Origin: Fistulifera solaris
Lineage: Eukaryota
Assembly: GCA_030295235.1 (NCBI GenBank)
Contig: AP026164.1
Coordinates: forward strand, 2,108,001-2,172,000
DNA length: 64,000 nt
Reading direction: 5' to 3'
Position 1 is the stretch's first letter. Every line of letters begins with the position of its first letter. Below, piece after piece: positions 11,318 through 24,320 of the stretch. A program made the translations under genes and the position numbers. The notes beneath the pieces are model-generated. The model had not been told where the DNA came from and did no database searches. It worked only from the letters and a program-made list of their open reading frames with translations.

Positions 11318-13152
11318 AAAGAAGAAGATTGTGTTATGGTAAGCTTTGGTATCCTTCCTTGTCGATTCTGCTTTTGATGATATCGTTTGGCCTTTCGTTC
11401 GGCCTTTACTTTTAAAATGAACTCTGAGGTAGCTTCTACTGCGCACATTTACAGCACACTAAGGTCCTACGCAACTGCAGACTTCTGAAGGGGAACTCTT
11501 AATTCTTGTTGATTGCGTTCCAACAAAATCAACAAGGAACAGGAAACGATTCAGTACATCTTCCGCCACCTTGAGCTGCTCACCTCTTCGTGGCGTACTA
11601 TGTGAGAAGCTGACACCAGGAAGCCTCCTTGCTCTTGCTTTGATTCTTATGTACCCGCACAACCACTGACGGCTATACTTGATGAATTTGACACCGCGCC
11701 CCTTCCTGGGAAATCTACCTGAACTTTTGATGAAGGGGACGAAGTCGGCATCATAGCACGGTCTAACTGACGACACACCGGGATGTTTTGCTTCTCAGCC
11801 ACCTCTTCTACACAGCTTGTTTAGACATAGCTTGTAAAACGCTTGTAGTTTGTTGGCACTTGAACACTAAATTCCTTCGTTCTCGATCTTCTTCTTGAAA
11901 TCGTAGACATGGAACAGAATTCATTATCTGGGTACTTGACATAGCGGCCTGTAATTCATCGCACGGAGGCTGATTGGTTCCAGCCAGCTGCCTCTGAAAA
12001 GTTCTTACTTCTTTTGAGGTCCTTACTCTTACTCGCAACTGAAATGATGAGAGTAAGTGGTAGCAATTAAACACAGAACACCGATGAAGTGACAATTGAA
12101 CACAACAATACCGCACCTTGAGTTTATCATGATTTGTGTATGACAACAAATTTAATCTCTGTAGTGTGAGTCGACCCTAGGTCCATCCACCTGACATCTC
12201 TGCCAACGGAAGCTTCATGAGAATGCCAAATTGCCGGAAGAGACTTATTTCTGCCAAGGCCATGAACATCGACACAATCAAACGGAAAATCAATCATGAT
12301 TGCAAACTTTGGCAGGTAAAGGTGACCATCAAAGCGCGTCTGTTTGGGTAAAACAAATTTTGTCATGTCCAAGCCTTTTCTGCTTGTCTATTAGCTCGTA
12401 GCAGTGACCAACAAAAATGTCAGGGATAAAAGCCTTTTGCAAAGATCTCCTTACAACCCTCCTGCACCACTTATCTGGTCTTTGTGCACCCTTGGAGAAA
12501 ACAGAGAAGTTATCTCTGTCAAGCAATCCAGACAAGCGAAAGAATTGAATTTGCAGCATTGAAAGTCCATTGTCGTTCTGAGCGAAATGCTCTATATACC
12601 ATCCAATCTAAGCGTCTTCAAGGCTTTTTGCTCCACTGAATCAACGGAGCAGAAGCAACATACCAGGATGTAGGCAAGTCTCGACGGGAAAAACAATACA
12701 AATCTCAGAATGAGCACACCAGCACCTCAAGTTGCACGGTAGGAAGTATATGTTCCGACCAAGAAAATCTCAGCAATCTTGAAACTTGAAATGCAGCAGA
12801 TAACCGATAGTACTCAAGGAGATAGTACTCACTCAGTATATTTTTTTAGACATTGCCAATGATACGATACTAATATTTAGATAGTAGTAGCTTCAAACTT
12901 CTTGACAAAAAGCTCTCATAGAATGAGGCGAAGGCCAGACGCCAGACCCGTTAGAGCTAACGAACACCATGAAATTTTTCTGGATTTTTGCTGCGTTGCG
13001 TTCTTGGTTTTTAGAAAGTACTTGTAGTTCCTCACACACCATGATGATGCGACCGACTGCGAATCAAACCTTCTAGAAGAATTTCTCTGTATAAAGTTTG
13101 CTGATTCGTACATGTCAATAGAGAGATAGCTTGTACTAAGAAAAGGAAAAAG

Positions 13153-15342
13153 ATGCTGAATCTGCCCGCTTTTTCACGATCTCAAAAGCATTTACGGTTT
13201 CTACTAATTCGTTCGTGCTCGACGACGCTGCACGTCGAAACACAACGATATTTGTGGCAAACGCTGCTTGTCTCCACTCGACAGCCACTGGTTCTGGAAA
13301 CTAATGACTGGTTGCAACATTTTGAAACGCTGGGGAAATCAACAGTTGAGAAAATTGTTATGGAAACCGATGATACTAAGAACGACAGACGAGAATTCGA
13401 CATACTCGAAAATAGTTACATTGCTTCTCATTCTACTTCGAGTCAATCCACGCAAAGGTGGGATGAATCGACAGAAGTGAGGAACCTCAAGCCACTATCA
13501 GAAAAACCGCGTGATATGTCGAGGGCAGCCCAGTTTCTCAAACAAACTGCATCTTCTGAAATGACGACGGCAACCTCCGTCGTGCACAATAGCGTGCCTG
13601 CATCTGCTAGTCGTCTTGATGCTATGCTTTCCTTGTCACATTCTACTACACAAACCGAACAACAACGAGCGCACAGCTTACAACGTGAAATGGACGAATT
13701 GTTGAAGCAGAAAAATCCCGATCGGGCTTGGCCTTTGTTTCAGCAGGCCATGAAAGAAGATCTCGTGATGCACTTTTCGCCCAACGTAGTCCGTGAACTT
13801 TTCTTCAAACTTTTCAGAAATCCAGTTGTGGGGTATCATGTCTTACAAGCGTACCGCACCATGACGGCGAAAGATTACGGCAACGATATTACTGCGTATG
13901 CCGACATGTACCGACAAATGTGTGAGTCAATTCAATACCTAAATCCCCAAAATTGCACGACACGAGATCGTAATGTGGTGGTGGGAAGTCTCGTACAAGA
14001 ACTGCAACAATTGGATCGAGCGGGACAAGAATTATCTATTCCCGTGCTGGTGTCGTCTCTTATGACACAGAAATTCGTTTCGTTGGGAGACTTGGCGGGG
14101 CAACTCTACCAGTATATGCGCAAAGAAGAATTTCAAGTCGCTCCTGGATATTGGAGTCATTTGTTGGCGACATCCAAATACAATCGTCGATCCGAACTTC
14201 CTTACGATGAAATCTTTCTGGAATCGGTGAAAGTGGGTCGACGACCAACTGCGAATATTGTGATGAATGCTCTGCAAAACTACTTTCCTTACACGGATGA
14301 TATAGCTGCTGTCCAGCGGATTGTGCAGGGAGTAGTCTTGCTGCAGCAGTCGTCTACGGCGCCCGGCGTAGAGTATCCAATTGATATGGCGATGTTGGAA
14401 GCCCTATCGACAGCGGCTGCCCAGACTGGAATGAGTGATTTGATTATGCCGATCTGGGATATAATAACCAATCTTGGACTGGAGCCATCTGTTGGAATTT
14501 ACGAAAATACGATTGTGACTTTTTGCACCCGACCGGCAACATACAAACAAGCATTTATCGTCTTGGATGAGATGCAGCAAAAGGGCTACACTGTCTCCAG
14601 AGCGCTTTTAAGGAGCATGTCCGCGCAACTGAGGTAAGGATTGTGGTTACTTTCTTTTTGGCCTTTCTATGAGTGTCTGTATACACTAATGCTATTTGCT
14701 CGCTGTAGGAGTTCTCCGCGGAATATCGATATCGCCTTGAATGAACTGAGCATGCTCGAAGTAGAAGGCTGCCCCACGTCACAGGCTGCCATAAATGCAG
14801 TTTTGTCAGCTGCTGCTGAGAGAGGAGACTTAGATGCAGCATTATCTATCGCGGAAGAGGTCATTCCACGACTCAATTTACAAATGGATAGCGACAGTTT
14901 CAGCTTTGCGATGGAGGCGATTGGTAAGCATCTTAGCCGACGGACTCAGTCTGGAACTGGCGAAGAAATTATTCAAAGAGTTCTGACTACTGCAGACACG
15001 ATTCTTTCTGATATGGAACATCAAGGACTTCCTCCGACACAATATATTCTTCGCGACTACGTCGAAATGCTTTGTTACGCAAAGGAGGTAGATACGGCCA
15101 CGTCGGTAGTCAGAGAGCTCGCCCAAAGTGCTGAAAAGGGACTTTTGAACAGCAAGATTATTTATTGTGTGGCTATTGCAAACGTCAAACTAGGAAACTA
15201 TGCGGTAGCAGAGGAAATTGCGAATGCTGGCTCTGAACCGATGCCTTTGATTCGGTCAGCTATCAGAAAGAAATTGAGATCACGTGGCATGGGGAACTTT
15301 TCATTGGATAATGCGAGCACAGGTCAAGAGCTTGAAACGTGA
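13153..15342 (+). CDS. Pentatricopeptide-repeat-like helical organellar protein, two exons
   Basis: Long ORFs joined by intron 14634-14708. PPR-like segments (LEPSVGIYENTIVTFC..QAFIVLDEMQQKG; AINAVLSAAAERGDLDAAL). Confidence 0.65.
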
Positions 15343-16730
15343 TGCACGCTTGTTCTTATGGCGATTAAAGAACAGGCATTACGCGTTGCCTCAAAACAGT
15401 CTGAATGATGACGAAGAGGCACGTATTAGGGTGCCAAAAGGTTCGTTATGGTCCTGGATCTATTTTTAAGCTTTTATCATTGTTACGCTTCCAGACCGCT
15501 TCGCATGGAAAATGTACAAGTTTTTTCGTGGACTGGGGCGCAAGTAAAATTACTATTTACTCTTAGTGAGCAACCGGTCGCTTAAGCATTTGTTATCATT
15601 CAAAATTCCATCTTTTCTCATGTGCTTATGGGCAATTTGCTTAGTGGAAATAAGTTGTAGCAACACGCCTAGACGGCGCTCTAAATCGACTAGCGTTTTA
15701 AAAAAATCAACTAGACGCATTCGTAACTGACTTTGAGGAATTTTTTAAGGACTACGACAAAATAAAGAGTTTCATTTCGCTATGACAGAATACAGGGTTT
15801 CATTCCGACAACTGCTTTGGAAAGCGCAATACGTTGACATTCATTAAGGTGCTACATTACAGAAGTTACGGGTTGGGTCTCATGAGCTTGAGAGAGCTGG
15901 CGAGGCAGCAATCTGCCCCTAGTTTTTTCGGGTGTAAAAATAATGGTCAACAGGAGTCAGGTTCAATGTTTTTTAAATGTAGCATTCGTCTTCATTTTGA
16001 GTAAGAGTAAATATAATACTGCCCTCTAGAATGTAGAGCTGGCCTCTTCTCCCTTGTTCTTTTCTCCTTTCTACGTCAGTTTTTCCTGTCGCACTGGCAT
16101 GGTTGTCAGTTGTCAACATACTTCAATTCAGAGAGTGGGGAAGAAGCTTTCTGGATTTCGAGGATTAAAGTACTTTCTGAAGTTATACAGAGATGCCAGA
16201 TAGCCCCCTCCCTGTCCGTGGACGAAACGAGAAACGAAGGCTTTTCGCCTTCTTCCTGAAATTTCTTGACACGAAAGATCGAAGTGTCGTTGAGAGACCA
16301 GCAATTTTCCTCCTTGGACAGAAAGTTTCATCATTTGGATTGCGAAACATTCTTCTGCCCCCGAGGATCATACACAAGCCCTTCAAACAGACCCTATTCA
16401 TCATCAGGACTTATCGCTTGCTCTCGCTGTTCATTGAAGGTCAGCGGTGCTGTACGATCATCTCTTTCTCACTATAAAACCCGATTACCGAACGCCTCGC
16501 TAATGCAAGGTTGTCGGCATTCATCCAAGATTATCACTCGGCTACCATGGCTACTCCTCTTCACACAGAACCTAATCATTTACTGAAAACGACGACTTCA
16601 CCATCAATGATCTTTTTCTTCTTCTCCCGCGCTCATCGGAAACGAAAGAAATAGCTACTACCCTCTCGGTTCGCCACTTCAATCCCCGCTCACTGCCCAA
16701 GAGAAATCTTCCAAAGACGCGAAACTTGCA

Positions 16731-17740
16731 ATGCAGGAGATTGCTAAAGAGGCGCTCCGCTTGACAAAGCAAACGATTGCTCAGGATTGTGCCAAACTCG
16801 ATAAAGGTGCGTATTTCGACCATTTTTCGCCATGGTGGAAGAATGCACGGGAAAGAAAGTTGAATGAGAATTATTGGTTGGGTCACGAGTTGTCTGTGGT
16901 TGGGACTTTCGCGATGGGAGTGCAGCCAAAGAATGTACATACCGGATGAAGGACGAACGTCTCTTCGATGGTCCTCGCCTTCTCACACTTTCATTTCTCA
17001 CTTGTCAGACTTGTGTCTTCCCCCCTCCGAGTAAAGCGCCGATTCATCAAAGCACCTCCTCAGGATCAGCTTCCCGTCTCAACAAGTTCGTCCGCCGTCT
17101 CCATGACATGCTTTTGGCGGAAAAAGGTTCCGGCATCGTAGAATGGCGTCGCGGGTTACTCGTCCTTCACAGCACGGACTTGTTTGCTAAGAACATTCTA
17201 CCGCAGTATTTCAACACAAGAAACTTTAAGACCTTTCGCCGACAACTCAACTATTACGGATTCGTTCACGTCCGTTCTTTCAGTACAACTGGAACAGCTA
17301 CGACCGCATTGTGGGTGAACAGGGATCTGGCACAGATCGCTTCGGATGAAATTTCTTCTGTTCTTCTCCTCCGTCGCGTGGAACCTTGCGAATCGGCAAA
17401 GACATCGGAAGGTCGGCGAGAGCGTAAAGAACTTGCTATTCACACAGTGGAGGAAGATCTGGGAGTCTCTGCGAAGACTCTTCAGAAAGAGCAGATTCGA
17501 ACGTTGGTGGAGCGCGGATGTGCAGATGAGTCATTCGATAGCATCACTATGCATCCGGTGCTACGCTTTCCGGATCTTAAAAATATCTCCTGCCCTCGTC
17601 GAGTGAGTTCCACCAGTTCGTCGTCCCTTCCAGTCTCTAACGACGAAAATGACAAGGGTATGGCATGCATTGATTCATCGTCAGATGAGGAAGGCGCTGC
17701 CACGTTATTACTCAAGCTATCGAAAGTTGGGCGTTATTAA
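16731..17740 (+). CDS. Heat shock factor (HSF-type DNA-binding domain) transcription factor
   Basis: KFVRRLHDML..IVEW..ILPQYFNTRNFKTFRRQLNYYGF. Predicted intron 16935-17008 keeps the frame. The start could be 16731 or 16914. Confidence 0.88.
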
Positions 17741-18022
17741 GACTATAGGGAATCAACGCTGTGATTCCCTGCTCTTGTGCACTGATTAGTTGCTCTGTCT
17801 TGTGCTTTCAGTGTCCAAAAATTGATCACACGGAAACATAGATCATCAACCCCCTTTTATATTGTTGCGTTTCAAATACCAATATCTTATGTTTACTAGT
17901 ATATGGATTATATGCTATTCATATTTCAATTGTGTTTATTTTACAATAACGCGATAATAGAGACAAGCCTGAGAAATCCTGCTTCTTTGCTTATCTTCTC
18001 AGCAGGACGACTTGATATCTTT

Positions 18023-19285
18023 TTAATAATTTTCTATTTTTTCATACCAAAACCCGACAGCCAGCATAACGTATGTCGTAATTAACAAAGATCCTTCCAG
18101 CCAGTTGCAGGTTGGATTCGACAAAACGATGGAAACTGTGAAAATGGACAAAATGTAGAGGGCGATCTCAAAATGCGGAAAATTTAGCGTCATGTCAACT
18201 CCAACGACCCATCCGACGATAACAGTAAGCGGTACAACCAACAGCGATATCTGCGTACTACTACCAAGCGCTATGCCCATCGCCAGGTCCATTTTGTTCT
18301 TCATTGCTACAGTGACTGCCGTTATGTGTTCCACAGCATTACCCACGATTGGTATTAACACAATGCCAACGAACGTTCGACTGATGCCGCTGGCTTCTGT
18401 AAAGCCGTCGATTGAATCGACTAAGAAATTGGAAAAGAGCGCCACTAAAAGCGTGGTGACTAATAAGCCGAACACGGCGACTGTCATCGAAACTCTGGCC
18501 GATTGTTCGTCTTCTCCTTCCTCGTTTTGAAAAATGTTCGTGTGCGTGTGTAATTGAAAAACCAGAAGCTGTGCGTACATACAAAGAAGGAAGACAGCAG
18601 CCAGTCGACTAACCATAAGCACTTGCTCATCATGCAATTCATAATATTCCGCAAACGGTGTCGGTAAGACGAGGGCGATGCTACTAAGTGCTAGAAGACC
18701 CATATTCGCCGACGCAGCAGTAGCATTGAAACTTTGTTCTTGATGTCGAAGACCGCCAAAGAAAAAACAAGAACCGAGGACAAGAAGTAAATTGGAAAAG
18801 ATAGAACCAAGCAAGGATCCTTGTACGACTCGGATCTCTCCCGCCAGTAACGCATTGATGGCAACAACAACCTCGACCGCATTTCCAAAGGAAGCATTGA
18901 TTAGCCCGCCAATAGTGTCGTTGGTATGTAGAGCTAGCTCTTCGGTAAAGTCGCCCAATATTGACGCTAAAGGTATCATTGTGATAAAGTTTAACCAGAA
19001 CACCCACGTCGCGCCAATTTGGGAATAGAACGACAACAACGCAAAGGGCGCGCAAGCTAGACACCAGCTGATCGGTCCTTTTCCAAGCACAATTTCCCTC
19101 AACACTTGCGAAACCGTTGTCGGTTCATAACTTAAGTCACCGATCGTTTCAGGCTCTGTGTAATCCACGTGAAAGAAGCTCATGCGCTCGCCCGGAGCCC
19201 GTTCAACATCGTCCTCCGGCCCCACACTGACAAGGCGCCTCGCCGGTTGGCGAGAACTAGTAGCAATCGGCTGCAAATCCGACAT
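18023..19285 (-). CDS. CAX: Ca2+/H+ exchanger (CAX family), copy A
   Basis: Alpha-repeat motifs ASFGNAVE and PIVGNAVEH, about 11 hydrophobic segments, central acidic loop EEGEDE. Confidence 0.93.
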   Translation of the reverse strand: MSDLQPIATSSRQPARRLVSVGPEDDVERAPGERMSFFHVDYTEPETIGDLSYEPTTVSQVLREIVLGKGPISWCLACAPFALLSFYSQIGATWVFWLNFITMIPLASILGDFTEELALHTNDTIGGLINASFGNAVEVVVAINALLAGEIRVVQGSLLGSIFSNLLLVLGSCFFFGGLRHQEQSFNATAASANMGLLALSSIALVLPTPFAEYYELHDEQVLMVSRLAAVFLLCMYAQLLVFQLHTHTNIFQNEEGEDEQSARVSMTVAVFGLLVTTLLVALFSNFLVDSIDGFTEASGISRTFVGIVLIPIVGNAVEHITAVTVAMKNKMDLAMGIALGSSTQISLLVVPLTVIVGWVVGVDMTLNFPHFEIALYILSIFTVSIVLSNPTCNWLEGSLLITTYVMLAVGFWYEKIENY

Positions 19286-19682
19286 GCCGTAACATCCAAG
19301 GAGTTATCAGGAGATGATTGATAGTCGTGTGAATGTTCTATTGTTCGGTGAGTGGGCCGTCGGCGTTTTTTCGCATTGGTATTCCGATGAAAACGTTTTT
19401 CGGCCGCTTGGGACTTGGTTTGACGTCAGCTTACGAACGTTGTGTATAATGCAGGATGTACCTGGTACCGGTACCGTACCTGGTAAGGTAAAAAAGCAGA
19501 AGACACGCAAGACTGAATTCATCGTACTTAATACTGTATACTTTACAAACATTAGTGATTGAAACTAGGTCACATTCAAATAAGATCACTGTAATGTAAA
19601 ACCTAATCAAGAGCTCAACTCTCACAATGCAAGCTGTTTTAACGTCCAGACATTTAAGACAAAAACAGTCGTCAGGAATAAT

Positions 19683-21082
19683 CTAATAGTTTTTGATTTT
19701 CTCAAACCAGAACCCGACGGCTATCATGAAATACGTCGTAATTAGGAGAGAACCCTCGAGCCAGTTGCAGGTCGGGTTTGCCAAAACAATGGAGACTGTC
19801 AGAATAGACAAAACGTACATGATAATTTCAAAGTGGGGGAAGTTCAACGTCATGTCCACCCCGACGATCCATCCGACGAGAACCGTCAGTGGGACCACCA
19901 AAAGCGAAATCTGTGTGCTACTCCCCAAAGCAATACCCATCGCCAAATCCATCTTGTCCTTCATGGCTACAGTGACTGCCGTGACGTGTTCCACAGCATT
20001 CCCGACAATCGGCAACAAGATTATACCCACAAAAGTTCGACTGATACCACTGGCCTCCGTAAAACCATCGATCGATTCGACCAAGAAATCGGAAAAGAAT
20101 GCCACCAACAAAGTTGTAGTCAAGAGGCCCACGAGGGCAACTGGCATAGTTATTCTCGTAAACGGCGCATCATCTCCATCATTTTCAAAAATGTCTGCAT
20201 GCGTGTGCAATTGAAACACCAGAAGTTGTGCGTACATGAACAGAAGAAAGACCGCCGCCAGACGACTCACCAGCAGGACCTCGGAATCGTGCAGATTGTA
20301 ATACTGTGCAAACGGCGTCGGCAAGGCGAGTGCAATACTACTCAAAGCCAGCAGACCCATATTGGCCGTCGCAGAAGTAGCATTGAACTTTTGTTCTTTA
20401 TGTTTCAAACCACCGAAGAAAAAACAGCACCCCAGCACGAGGAGTAAGTTGGAAAAGATAGAACCCAACAACGAGCCTTGAACGACACGAATCTCTCCCG
20501 CCAGCAAGGCATTGATGGCGACGACCACTTCCACGGCATTTCCAAACGACGCATTGATGAGACCACCGATGGTTTCGTTCGTATGAAGAGCTAGTTCCTC
20601 GGTGAAGTCTCCCAATATTGAGGCAAACGGAATCAATGTCATGAAATTCAACCAAAACACCCAGGTGGCGCCCCAATGGAAATAAACTGACACTAGAGCC
20701 AAGGGCGCGCACGCCAAACACCAACTGATAACTCCTTTGCCTAAGACAATTTCTGTTAAAGCCTCGAGAGTCGTCGGTTGCTCCATAGGTTTCGAAGGAT
20801 CTTCTTTCTCCGTGCCCCGGAAAAGATCTCGAGAATCTTGGATCAGTGGCGCATGCTCGCCATCCTTACGGGCACTCTTCGTGTGACGCGTCTGCTGCCG
20901 CTCGAGTCGACGCAGTTTCTGCACCTTTTGACAGCCTGGAAAAAGTTCATCTTCTCGTGTGGACTGGAATCAACCCCAGCATCGTCAGCTTTTTCGGAAG
21001 ATTCACTCATGGTAACGACTCGCGCTGGTGTACCGTTATTTTGCTGATAGGATGAGTCGATGGGTTGCCAATTTGACGACAT
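19683..21082 (-). CDS. CAX: Ca2+/H+ exchanger (CAX family), copy B; apparent frameshift near 20925
   Basis: Same GNAVE motifs and high similarity to copy A. The N-terminus MSSNWQPI (21082) parallels MSDLQPI of copy A but is in another frame. Confidence 0.9.
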
Positions 21083-21535
21083 GTGGTTAGTTGATATCGT
21101 TTCGTAACAAATGAATAACTGGCAACCTTTGTTATGTGCAATACAACAAGAGTGCCGAATAAGAAAGAAGATCTTCAATGAAACTCCGAGTTCACGCCAT
21201 TCGTTAGTGTTATTAGTTACTACCTATTATCGGCGTGTCACTCGTTTGGGTGACGTGAAATAAGTGAAAGCATCCTGAGAAGAAGCCTCCCTCGATCGAG
21301 TACCGGTCCGATGAATCATCTCTCACCTTGGACAGAAACTTCGCGCGGTTCATTGACAGACCAATCAATCTATAAGACACCACCCACCGTTTTCAGTCTT
21401 CACACGCATCCAAAGCAATAATATTATAATCATCTTGTTCATCCTTGCTTCAATTCCAATAAGCTAACGCGCTGAAAACATCTTTTATTATTTAGAAGCA
21501 ATAACTGGATCTGGAAGGGAAAACGTTCTTTCAAT

Positions 21536-22035
21536 ATGGTGTTCTATGAGTGCGTAGTAACCGCTAAAAATACAGCTCGTACGTTGCATCGTTCGTCGTT
21601 TGTCGGCCGACTTCCATCCCTTCTTACATGTCAGTTATTTGTTTAGACTTTCATACTTTAACCAATCTCGTCAAGTTGGTATCCCACGAGATTGTAGAAG
21701 GAGGTGGGATTGTTCGAGCTGTACACAATCACGGGATCCGCACCTTGCCGCATCGTTTCAAGGCCACCTATCCAGATCGGGAGGGCAACCGCTACTATTC
21801 CAAGGGGCGATTCTTCTCCATCTATTACGATGCGAATCCAGATACGATGAGTCAAGTGGATACCATACTGAAAATGGATGAAGAAGTGCTGCGTAGTACT
21901 CATTTACGGGCGCGGAGTACCCTGGATTTTATCAATTTGCGCGAAGACCGCAATCCGTATATTCAACAAGTTCTGCGAGAGGAGAAACAGGAAGCTGACA
22001 AAGGAAGCGCGGAGCAAAAGATCGAGGGAGTATAA
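21536..22035 (+). CDS. Organellar (likely mitochondrial) ribosomal protein bS6, two exons
   Basis: MVFYECVV start, intron 21579-21646, then GGIVRAVHNHGIRTLPHR..LKMDEEVLR, typical of bS6. Confidence 0.8.
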
Positions 22036-22208
22036 TTAGTAGATTACGAGTTACAGATGTACATTTTCAAATACTCCGTGTAACGTACATGGCAGTCGAT
22101 ATCACTACAGCAAATCGATTCTTTGAGAACATTTGAATTCAGCAACAGAGAGATACCAGCGCATTGAATGTTAATCCTATGATTGGTTTGTTAAATGTTA
22201 AAGACTAA

Positions 22209-22992
22209 TTATACTAACAAGACAGCATTCACGCAGCCGTCAAGCTCAGGATTGTTTGTGACCTGCGCCATTTTACCCCATGCAACTTTACCAGATGTTG
22301 TCACGAGGCCTAATTCGCTCACATTCACTTCTAAAATAGTTCCCTTCGTCAGTACACCCAGGTTCGTGTATAGGGCAGATGATGGGTTCTTCTTGACACC
22401 CAAAATATCCAATTGAAACGTTGTTTTCAGTTCCGGATGCGTGACATTGGCCTTTTTCATTCGCAGTCCACTCGGCCGAATAAATCGTTCGTATTTTGGA
22501 TTCTTTCGCGTGAACGAGTCACCAACGAATGTGCACTTTGTCACCATACGCTTCCAAGCTTTATTGCGCTTCTTACCCGTTCGTAACGTCTTGAACATTT
22601 CATCGTCGGCCACCGGTTTGACCTTGGGGATGGGGACCTCCCATTTACCAGCCTTTTCTTTGCGCTTCTGTTTGATGGTATTCGACAAAACCTTGGCGCG
22701 ACTCACTCCTTGTCGGTCGAGTAGATACGCCGGGACAGCGCCTTCGGCCACAGCGTCATCGTCCGCGTGCTTGTTATTGCGTTGATTGTGCTGCGCGATT
22801 GTTTTGCGTAATGTCGCCTTCTCCTTAAATCGGCGTTTCTGATACAATTTGGCTCGAATACCGTGTACTTTCTGGGCGAATTCGGACCGTTTGTGAGCCA
22901 GACGCGCTTCTTTCTTGCGCTCTTTTTTCTTCCGCATCGAACCGCCGTCCATGCAGCTTTGCATGCCGTTCCATATGTTCGTGTTGCGGCAT
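22209..22992 (-). CDS. NSA2: Ribosome biogenesis protein NSA2 (eS8-like); frameshift in a homopolymer near 22925
   Basis: [10 protein letters not shown] start in an alternative frame; [41 protein letters not shown]-terminus. Confidence 0.95.
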
Positions 22993-23513
22993 TTTCTTGT
23001 TTCTGTGTCTTCAATATCTAGCACAGTGGGTTTTGACGGTTCCGTAAGGTACGGAAAGGTTTTGATAGAACAGTAATACCTGGTAGGAACGGCTCTTGCG
23101 AAAGAAACGCTGTTTTTGTGTCGCGTGCTGCCAGATTCAAAAACGTGAGCGACGAGATTGGTGGCGGAGACGGGTTATGAGCTTGAAGCGGCCGAGTGCG
23201 ATACTTTGTACTGCTGCAGTGACAGATATCACGGATAATTTGTTCAAAGTAGTAGCTTGGAAAACTCGTTCTAGGCTATTACATAAAAACTGTTCTTTGT
23301 CGTAGAGTGTAGGCGGAGAAATATGATGCAAATTACAACGTACAAAAGCGTGTTGCGAGCTTTATTTTTTACTCTTCAAAAGTCCCATAGGTATGCAAAA
23401 AGTAAATCCAGGAAGTTATAATAAGCACCAACAAACGTTTTCAAGAGAAGCATAAAGTTCAGTTGAAGGAACCGAAGCCGGTTTCAGCAAAGAAATTACG
23501 ACTAGACTTGAAA

Positions 23514-24261
23514 ATGAACGCTGACAACGGCGCTGCTCAGGCCGTATCGTCATCAAACAATAATCTTTGGACCCCAAAGGAGCAATTAAGTTTCCCCAAC
23601 CAGCTATCACCGATAAACGCGAGGAATGAAGCGGAGAAAAAAGATCGGTTCTACAAGGAGGCGACCGTAGATTACGTTCGAAAGGAAGGCAATGCAAACA
23701 AGCAAGTGCGCTATGTTTGCCCTCTATGTGTTCTTGACGGAAAGAACGAAATGGCGCACGCTGTCCATTTTAGCTTGGATTTCTACCGAGATCCGTCCGA
23801 TCAAAATTATGATCCCGACTACGATCTGATGCTGGAGCGTGGCTCGAAATTCTACTTTCATAACGGCCAGTGCAGATTACCTATACCGTCGCGGAAGATG
23901 GAGAATGCAAGTGACGAACAGATCAGGAAGGTCGCTTTGGGAAAACGTACTAAATTGAGAGCTCATATAAGAGATGTGCACGGAGAAGGAGTCATGCCCT
24001 TTGCGTTGACCTTAGAGTCAGATTACGAGCCAATTAGTGACGAACTTACAGCTATATTTTGTCGAATGAAGAATGTACCCATGGTTTCGGCGGATGAGGA
24101 TCCCGTTGCGTACAAAGAGTTGGAAACAAAAGGTTGCTAATTGGCGTTCGACGGAGAAGCTCAAGCGTAATCCGAATAGTGAAGCAGCAAAGACAAGGAG
24201 AGATAATAAGACGAGTGTCATGAGAAAGCTAAGAGCAAAAGTAGCTGCTAAAAATGTGTAA
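23514..24261 (+). CDS. Hypothetical protein with possible zinc-binding residues; C-terminus uncertain (24140, or 24261 after a frameshift)
   Basis: Open frame of more than 200 codons with CPLC and HIRDVH; a basic tail continues in another frame. Confidence 0.45.
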
Positions 24262-24320
24262 AGTAAAAAAGAATGTGTACAGAGTGACCAGACTTCATGT
24301 TGTGCATTAGTTTCATGAAC

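Noticed and set aside
19693..20447. Long plus-strand ORFs opposite CAX (similar antisense ORFs overlap the thiolase, PDHB and cyclase genes)
   Set aside because: These are antisense shadows of well-supported genes with no recognisable motifs.
22209..22992. Programmed ribosomal frameshifting or pseudogene status for NSA2 and other broken genes
   Set aside because: Indels are widespread across unrelated genes and often fall in homopolymers, so sequencing error is the simpler explanation.
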